64,000 nt of DNA from Planctomycetota bacterium (lineage in GTDB: Bacteria; Planctomycetota; UBA11346): NCBI GenBank assembly GCA_038213805.1, contig JBBQSO010000001.1:1-64000 (forward strand). Direction: 5' to 3'. Made by a program: the position numbers and the translations under genes. This document shows, in pieces, positions 58,178-64,000 of this stretch. The notes beneath the pieces were generated by a model, which was not told where the DNA came from, did no database searches, and was given only the letters and a program-made list of their open reading frames with translations. Numbering within the stretch: the first letter of the stretch is position 1; each line of letters begins with the position of its first letter.

Positions 58178-61100
58178 ATCTGCCGGACTATTTCGTCTCG
58201 CGGCCAATCTTCGCCACCGTGTTGTCGGCGCTGATCCTGATCGTCGGTGCGATCTGCCTGTTCCGCATGCCGATCAACGAGTATCCGGAGGTGGTGCCGC
58301 CGACCATCTCGGTGACGGCCAATTACCCCGGCGCCAGCCCGCAGGTGATCGCCGAGACCGTGGCCGCGCCGCTCGAGCAGCAGCTCACGGGCATCGAGGG
58401 CATGCTCTACATGTCGTCGACCTCGTCGGCCGACGGGGCCCTCGCCGTGATCCTGACCTTCCGCCTTGGCACCAGGCTGCAGGACGCGCTGGTCGAGGTG
58501 CAGAACCGCATCCAGCAGGCCACCCCGCGCCTGCCCGACGAGGTGCGGCGCCTGGGCGTGATCGCCAAGAAGGCCTCGCCCGACCTGACCCTGGTGGTGA
58601 ACCTGGTCTCGCCCGACAAGCGCTACGACGAGCTCTACCTCGCCAACTACGCGCGCCTGCACGTGGTCGACGCCCTCTCGCGCCTGCCCGGCATGGGCGA
58701 GGTGCGGGTGTTCGGCGCCGGCGAGTACGCGCTGCGCATCTGGCTCGACCGCGACCGCATGATCTCGCTCGGGCTGACCGCGGGCGACGTCATGGACGCG
58801 ATCCGCGAGCAGAACCTGCAGGTCGCGGCCGGCGCGCTCGGCAACGAGCCGGGCGACCACCCCATCGCCACGCGCCTGACCATCACCAGCCAGGGGCGCA
58901 TGCTCAGCGAGGACGAATTCACGCGCATCGTGGTGCGCGCGTCCGCTGACGGGCGCACCGTCCACCTCGCCGACGTCGCACGCGTCGAGCTCGGCGCCAC
59001 CGCCTACGCGATGCACAGCTTCATCGCCACCAGCGACGCGCCGCAGGCGCTGCCGGCGGTGGGCGTGGTCGCCTTCCAGGCGCCGGGTTCGAATGCCCTG
59101 GACGTCTCCGACCAGGTGCAGAGGGCGATGGCGGAGCTGAGCAGGAACTTCCCCGCCGGGCTGACCTACGGCATCCTCTACGACCCCACTGTTTTCGTGC
59201 GCGGCTCGATCAGCGCGGTGATCCGCACGCTTAGCGAGGCGATCGTGCTGGTGGTGCTGGTGGTGGTCTTGTTCCTGCAGACCTGGCGCGCCTCGATCAT
59301 CCCGCTGGTCGCGGTGCCGGTGTCGCTGATCGGCACGTTCTCGGTGATGCTCGGCCTGGGCTTCTCGATCAACACCATCTCGATGTTCGGCCTGGTGCTG
59401 GCCATCGGCATCGTCGTCGACGACGCCATCGTCGTGGTCGAGAACGTCGAACGCAACATCGCCCTCGGCCTGGAGCCGCGCGCAGCGACCAGGAAGGCGA
59501 TGCGCGAGGTCACCGGCCCGATCGTCGCCACCGCCCTGGTGTTGTGCGCTGTGTTCGTCCCGACCGCCTTCATCAGCGGTCTGACCGGGCAGTTCTACAA
59601 GCAGTTCGCCATCACCATCGCGATCTCGACGGTGATCTCGGCCTTCAACTCGCTGACCCTCAGCCCGGCGCTGGCGGCGGTGCTGCTCAAGCCGCACGGC
59701 GCACGCCCCGACGTCCTCACGCGTGGCCTCGACTTCCTGTTCGGCTGGCTGTTCCGGCCGTTCAACCGCGGTTTCACCGCCGCCGCGCGGGGCTATGTGC
59801 GCGGGGTGGCGCGCATCCTGCGCTTCAGCCTCATCGCCGGGGCGCTCTACCTGGTGTGCAACGGGCTGACCGCGTTCAGCTTCCAGCGCATGCCCACCGG
59901 CTACATCCCGGCGATGGACAAGCAGTTCATCATGGCCTTCGCGCGTCTGCCCGACGGCGCGAACCTCGACCGCACGGTAGCGGTGATGCGGGCCATGAGC
60001 GCCATGGCGATGGAGACCAAGGGCGTGCTCGCCACGGTCGGCATCCCCGGCATCGGCTTCGGCTTCTCGGCGACCAGCAGCCAGGGCCTGATGTTCATCC
60101 CGCTCAAGCCCTTCGCCGAGCGCGAGGGCGCGGACGTCACCGGCCCCGCCATCCGCGCGGCGCTGAACAAGCGCTTCGCGGCCATCAACGAGGCCGTGGT
60201 CTTCGCCATCGCGCCACCGCCGGTGCGCGGCCTGAGCTTCACCGGCGGCTTCAAAGTCGAGATCGAGGACACCGGTGGCGTCGGCCTGGAGGCGCTGTTC
60301 GACGCCACCCAGCGCGTCCTTGCCGCGGCCAAGGCGACGCCGGGCCTGGACGCGAGCCAGACCCTGACCACCTTCACCATGAGTGTGCCCCAGGTCGAGC
60401 TGACCTTCGACCGCGAGCGTATGAAGCGGCAGAACGTGGCGTTCTCCGACCTCTCGGCGGCGCTCGGCACCTTCCTCGGCTCGGGCTACGCCAACGATTT
60501 CAACCGCTTTGGCCGCACCTACCGGGTCAACGTCCAGGCCGACGCGCCCTACCGCCAGCGCGTCGAGGACATCGGCCGGCTGCGCGTGCGCAGCAAGGAC
60601 GGCCGCATGCTGCCGCTCGCCGGGCTGGTCACGGTGCGCGAGACGGCGGGCCCAGACCGGGTCCCGCGCTACAACGGCCAGCTCGCGTCCGACATCACCA
60701 GCGCGGCGTCACCGGGCACCAGCTCGGACGCGGCCCAGGCGATGATGGAGGAGATCCTCAAGCGCGAGCTGCCCACCGGCCTGTCCCACGACTGGACCGA
60801 GCTGGTCTACCAGCAGCAACTCGCGGGAAACACCTCGATCTCCATCTTCGGGCTGTGCGTGGCGCTGGTGTTCATGGTGCTGGCCGCGCTGTACGAGAGC
60901 TGGTCGCTGCCGCTGGTGGTGATCCTGATCGTACCGCTGTGCCTGCTCTGCGCGATGATCGGGGTGGCGCTCGACAAGGCGCTGTTCGGCGGTCAGGGCG
61001 TGATCGACATCTTCACCCAGATCGGTTTCCTGGTACTGGTCGGCCTAGCCTGCAAGAACGCCATCCTGATCGTCGAGTTCGCGCGCGATGAGGAACTGCG

Positions 61101-61422
61101 CGGCAGCTCGCGCGTGCACGCGGCGCTCACCGCCTGCCGGCTGCGGCTGCGCCCGATCCTGATGACCTCGCTGGCCTTCATCATGGGCGTGTGGCCGCTG
61201 GTCGAGTCGCATGGCGCCGGCGCCGAGACCAGGCACTCGCTGGGCGTCGCGGTGTTCAGCGGCATGATCGGCGTGACCTTGTTCGGCCTGGCGTTGACGC
61301 CGGTGTTCTACGTGGCGATCAGGCGCTGGGCGGGCGGCGGTGGCAGGCCGGCGGTGGAGGCCACAGTAGCTGCCGTACCTGCCGGCGGTGCGGAGCCGCA
61401 GCCGCCTGCGTCCGGGCGCTGA
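58174..61422 (+). CDS. HAE1-family RND efflux permease (MexF/OqxB-like)
   Basis: FVSRPIFA; YPGASP; AIGIVVDDAIVVVENVER; KNAILIVEFA; RLRPILMTS; GTGA overlap with the adaptor. Confidence 0.96.
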   Translation: MNLPDYFVSRPIFATVLSALILIVGAICLFRMPINEYPEVVPPTISVTANYPGASPQVIAETVAAPLEQQLTGIEGMLYMSSTSSADGALAVILTFRLGTRLQDALVEVQNRIQQATPRLPDEVRRLGVIAKKASPDLTLVVNLVSPDKRYDELYLANYARLHVVDALSRLPGMGEVRVFGAGEYALRIWLDRDRMISLGLTAGDVMDAIREQNLQVAAGALGNEPGDHPIATRLTITSQGRMLSEDEFTRIVVRASADGRTVHLADVARVELGATAYAMHSFIATSDAPQALPAVGVVAFQAPGSNALDVSDQVQRAMAELSRNFPAGLTYGILYDPTVFVRGSISAVIRTLSEAIVLVVLVVVLFLQTWRASIIPLVAVPVSLIGTFSVMLGLGFSINTISMFGLVLAIGIVVDDAIVVVENVERNIALGLEPRAATRKAMREVTGPIVATALVLCAVFVPTAFISGLTGQFYKQFAITIAISTVISAFNSLTLSPALAAVLLKPHGARPDVLTRGLDFLFGWLFRPFNRGFTAAARGYVRGVARILRFSLIAGALYLVCNGLTAFSFQRMPTGYIPAMDKQFIMAFARLPDGANLDRTVAVMRAMSAMAMETKGVLATVGIPGIGFGFSATSSQGLMFIPLKPFAEREGADVTGPAIRAALNKRFAAINEAVVFAIAPPPVRGLSFTGGFKVEIEDTGGVGLEALFDATQRVLAAAKATPGLDASQTLTTFTMSVPQVELTFDRERMKRQNVAFSDLSAALGTFLGSGYANDFNRFGRTYRVNVQADAPYRQRVEDIGRLRVRSKDGRMLPLAGLVTVRETAGPDRVPRYNGQLASDITSAASPGTSSDAAQAMMEEILKRELPTGLSHDWTELVYQQQLAGNTSISIFGLCVALVFMVLAALYESWSLPLVVILIVPLCLLCAMIGVALDKALFGGQGVIDIFTQIGFLVLVGLACKNAILIVEFARDEELRGSSRVHAALTACRLRLRPILMTSLAFIMGVWPLVESHGAGAETRHSLGVAVFSGMIGVTLFGLALTPVFYVAIRRWAGGGGRPAVEATVAAVPAGGAEPQPPASGR

Positions 61423-61433
61423 CCGCGGCTCGA

Positions 61434-62792
61434 TCAGCTGCGCGGTGCCAGCGCGGCAGCGGCACCAGGCGCGTCCGGACGCGCTGCGGTCTCACCATCG
61501 CCGCTGGTGATCAGGCGCGCGCTGCGATTCCAGCTCAGCCAGTACCACGCCCACTGCACCAGGACCAGGACGCGGTTTTCGAAGCGTACCAGTTTAAGCA
61601 GATGGATGAACACCCACGCCAGCCACGCGATCGTGCCCGAGAGGTGCAGCCGGCCGAACTGCGCGACTGCGAGGCGCTTGCCGATCGTCGCGAGCATGCC
61701 GTAGTCGCGGTAGTGGAACGACCGCACGGCGCGGCCGGCGAGGCGGTCGCGGATGGCGCGCGCGACGTGGTCGCCCTGCTGCATCGCCACCGACGCGACC
61801 CCGGGCAGTGCCTCGCCGCCCGCTCCGGGCTGCGAGGCCAGATCGCCGATGACAAAGATCTCGCTGTGGGCGGCGAGCGCGCAGTCGGCGCCGACCGGGA
61901 CGCGGCCCCCACGGTCGACCGTGGCGCCGGTGCCCGCGGCAAGGATGCGGCCGAGCGGCGAGGCGGCGACGCCGGCGCCCCACAACACCCCGGCGCACGG
62001 CACGCGCTGCGCCCCGTCCGGGCCGACCATCACCACCGCGTCCGCGTAGACCTCGGTCACGCGCGCGCCGGTGATGACCTCGACGCCGAGTCCGAGCAGG
62101 GCGGCCGCGGCCTTTTCCGACAAATCAGGAGCGAACCCGCCGGCCAGGATGCGCGGCTGCGCCTCGATGACGATGATGCGCACCGCGGCCGGATCGATGC
62201 GGCGGAACTCGCCGCGCACGGTGTGGCGGACGATCTCTGCGACGGCGCCCGCGAGCTCGACCGCGGTCGGTCCTCCGCCGACCACCACGAAGGTCATCAA
62301 AGCGGTGCGCCGCTGCGCGTCGTGCTCGCGCTCGGCGCGCTCGAGGGCGCTGTAGATCAGCCGGCGCATGCGCGTCGCGTCCTCGATGGTCTTCAGGCCC
62401 GGGGCGTGCACTTCCCACTCCGGGTGGCCGAAATAGTGGTGCCGCGAACCGGTGGCGACGACCAGGGTGTCGTAGGCGAGGCTCTCGCCATCCTGCAGGT
62501 GCACGGTGCGCGCCGCCGGGTCGATGCCATCGACCTCACCGAGCATGACCTCAGTGTTGCGCTGTCTCTTAAGGATCGAACGCAGCGGCGTGGCGATATT
62601 TGAGGGCGACAACCCGCCGGTTGCGACCTGATAGAGGAGCGGCTGGAAGAGGTGGAAGTTGCGACGGTCGATGAGGGTCACGCGTACGGCCGCGCGGCGC
62701 AGCCCGAGCGCCACCTGCAGTCCGCCGAAGCCGCCGCCGACGATGACGACGTGGTGCGGCGCCGGGACGGCGAGTGCGGCGAGGCTGGGCAT
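61434..62792 (-). CDS. ndh: Type II NADH:quinone oxidoreductase
   Basis: VIVGGGFGG; HLFQPLLYQVATG; APGLKTIEDA; VVGGGPTAVELAG; FVIGD; GGAG RBS. Confidence 0.93.
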   Translation of the reverse strand: MPSLAALAVPAPHHVVIVGGGFGGLQVALGLRRAAVRVTLIDRRNFHLFQPLLYQVATGGLSPSNIATPLRSILKRQRNTEVMLGEVDGIDPAARTVHLQDGESLAYDTLVVATGSRHHYFGHPEWEVHAPGLKTIEDATRMRRLIYSALERAEREHDAQRRTALMTFVVVGGGPTAVELAGAVAEIVRHTVRGEFRRIDPAAVRIIVIEAQPRILAGGFAPDLSEKAAAALLGLGVEVITGARVTEVYADAVVMVGPDGAQRVPCAGVLWGAGVAASPLGRILAAGTGATVDRGGRVPVGADCALAAHSEIFVIGDLASQPGAGGEALPGVASVAMQQGDHVARAIRDRLAGRAVRSFHYRDYGMLATIGKRLAVAQFGRLHLSGTIAWLAWVFIHLLKLVRFENRVLVLVQWAWYWLSWNRSARLITSGDGETAARPDAPGAAAALAPRS

Positions 62793-62884
62793 GGTTGGTC
62801 TCCGCTCGGGGGCGGAGGATGCCCACCACGGCCGGGCGGCAAGCCCCGGACCGGGCACGCTTCAACCCGCGGTGCGGGGCGCGC

Positions 62885-63067
62885 CTACTCCTTGCTCAAG
62901 CGTGCAGATCCCGGGGCCTGGCTCTTGAGCAGGGCGGCGAGCCCCTCCTTGCTGAGGGTCAGCGAATCGCCGGCGGACGAGTGCTGCCGGCCGCCGCCTT
63001 CCGTGGCATCGCTGGCGTTCAACATGGCGGTGGCCGGGGATGCAGTGGAGCCGTCGAAAGAGTCCAT
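62885..63067 (-). CDS. 60-aa protein with DSLTLSKEGLAAL motif, behind a sigma28-type promoter
   Basis: MDSFDGSTASPATAMLNASDATEGGGRQHSSAGDSLTLSKEGLAALLKSQAPGSARLSKE, the C-terminal end of track ORF 62885..63922. Confidence 0.65.
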   Translation of the reverse strand: MDSFDGSTASPATAMLNASDATEGGGRQHSSAGDSLTLSKEGLAALLKSQAPGSARLSKE

Positions 63068-63107
63068 GCGCGCGGCCTTCGGGGTGCGGCGTTGGGCGAC
63101 CCCAGGA

Positions 63108-63134
63108 GCATCGGCAGGAAGGCGGGACGCTTGA
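63108..63134 (-). promoter_or_regulatory. sigma28 (FliA/SigD)-type promoter TCAAG-N14-GCCGATGC
   Basis: Minus strand: TCAAG at 63134-63130, 14-nt spacer, GCCGATGC at 63115-63108; 40 nt upstream of ATG 63067. Confidence 0.7.
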
Positions 63135-63481
63135 GCGGTTTGCGGAAAGGTGCTGCACTGCGGGCCGCCCGCACTGCGCCCCACGAGCGCCTTGCCAAGT
63201 GCACCAGACCTGCAACGCATTTCGCCATTGCCACCACGAGCTGCGCGGTGAGCGGGCCCAGATCGACCCCGTCCAAGTCGGCAGGGGTTGTGGCAGGAAC
63301 TCCGTGCAACCGGACGAACTCCAGCGAATAGCCGCGAAAGTCGGCAGTTGCCAAGCATGCGGTCGCGGCGACCATACGCGTTTTTCGACTGCACTCCGAG
63401 CACATGGTGAAGCCGCAGCTTGCCGCGTATGCAGCGCGTCCCAGAGTGCCGGCGCTTTCCGCAACCCGCCGAGACCCCGCC

Positions 63482-64000
63482 ATGCGTCTGCTCCGCTACG
63501 TCCTGCTGTTTCCCGCATTCCTTCTTGGCGCACGCCTCGCAGCCAGCGACAGCGATCTGCAGGCGCTGCAGCTGCGCGAACTGCGCGCGGCGGCGCCGGA
63601 CCTGCGCGTCACCATGGATAGGGAGCGCGGCGTGGTCGGACACCTGGCGGTCGCGGGCGGGTTCCTGCCGCCCACGCGGCTGCACCGTGGCCGCGGGGAC
63701 CCGCTGCAGCCGGCCCTGGATTTCATCGATGCCCATCCCGGGCTGTTCGGTGGCGACAGCGCCATGCTCGGCCATGCGACCATCGCCAGAAATGCGCTGG
63801 ATGCACGGGACGGCATGCGCTCGGTGATCTGGCAGCAGGCCATCGCCGGGATCCCGGTGCACCGCGGCCTGCTCAGCGCACACCTGGGCCGGCAGGGCGA
63901 GGTGATCGCCATCGGCAGCCATTTCGTGCCGGACGACGCGCTCATCCCGCGGCAGGCCGCGCTGACGGCGCTGGCCCAGGGGACACCACGCGATGGCCGC
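63482..64000 (+). CDS. 5' part of a secreted M36/M4-type metalloprotease precursor (FTP propeptide), truncated by the window edge; absent from the ORF track
   Basis: Hand translation MRLLRYVLLFPAFLLGARLAA...PALDFIDAHPGLFG...GMRSVIWQQAIAGIPVHRGLLSAHLGRQGEVIAIGSHFVP matches the fungalysin/thermolysin propeptide pattern. Confidence 0.75.
   Translation, partial: MRLLRYVLLFPAFLLGARLAASDSDLQALQLRELRAAAPDLRVTMDRERGVVGHLAVAGGFLPPTRLHRGRGDPLQPALDFIDAHPGLFGGDSAMLGHATIARNALDARDGMRSVIWQQAIAGIPVHRGLLSAHLGRQGEVIAIGSHFVPDDALIPRQAALTALAQGTPRDGR

Noticed and set aside
62885..63922. 345-aa minus-strand ORF taken as a whole
   Set aside because: Its 5' part is antisense to the protease gene; only the last 60 codons have promoter and motif support.
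1..64000. CRISPR array, tRNA, rRNA, transposase or integrase
   Set aside because: Repeats found are spacer-less tandem 6-8-mers or isolated hairpins; no cloverleaf, rRNA or DDE/tyrosine recombinase motifs recognised.

Overview
GC-rich bacterial chromosome segment, most likely from the Planctomycetota/PVC superphylum. This is inferred from a PVC-type CxxCH dehydrogenase-cytochrome, a DUF1592/DUF1552 pair, an ECF sigma with a FecR-type anti-sigma, and membrane Ser/Thr kinases. About 40 real CDSs are supported. Housekeeping genes: secA, pdxA, yebC, rmuC, ndh and an HI0933 flavoprotein. Also present: secreted carbohydrate-active enzymes, two orphan histidine kinases, a Ser/Thr kinase and an FHA-pseudokinase, a porin-cytochrome pair behind a Fur-like box, an RND pump without an outer-membrane factor, and a truncated M36/M4-type protease at the right edge. 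I found no rRNA, tRNA, CRISPR array or transposase. The most interesting signals are: (1) three tiny proteins sharing a D-S-x-x-[FIL]-S-x-E-[ASG]-L-x-x-L motif, one behind a correctly spaced sigma28-type promoter and one YjfB-like; (2) a di-haem peroxidase translationally coupled to a DAHL-type sensor kinase; (3) an active kinase with a Thr-repeat tail close to an FHA-bearing pseudokinase; (4) a CAP lipoprotein whose Ig-like domain looks circularly permuted; (5) intergenic cassettes of inverted 7-8-mer tandem arrays, plus a perfect REP-like doublet. All family assignments come from recognising motifs by eye. No database searches were run.
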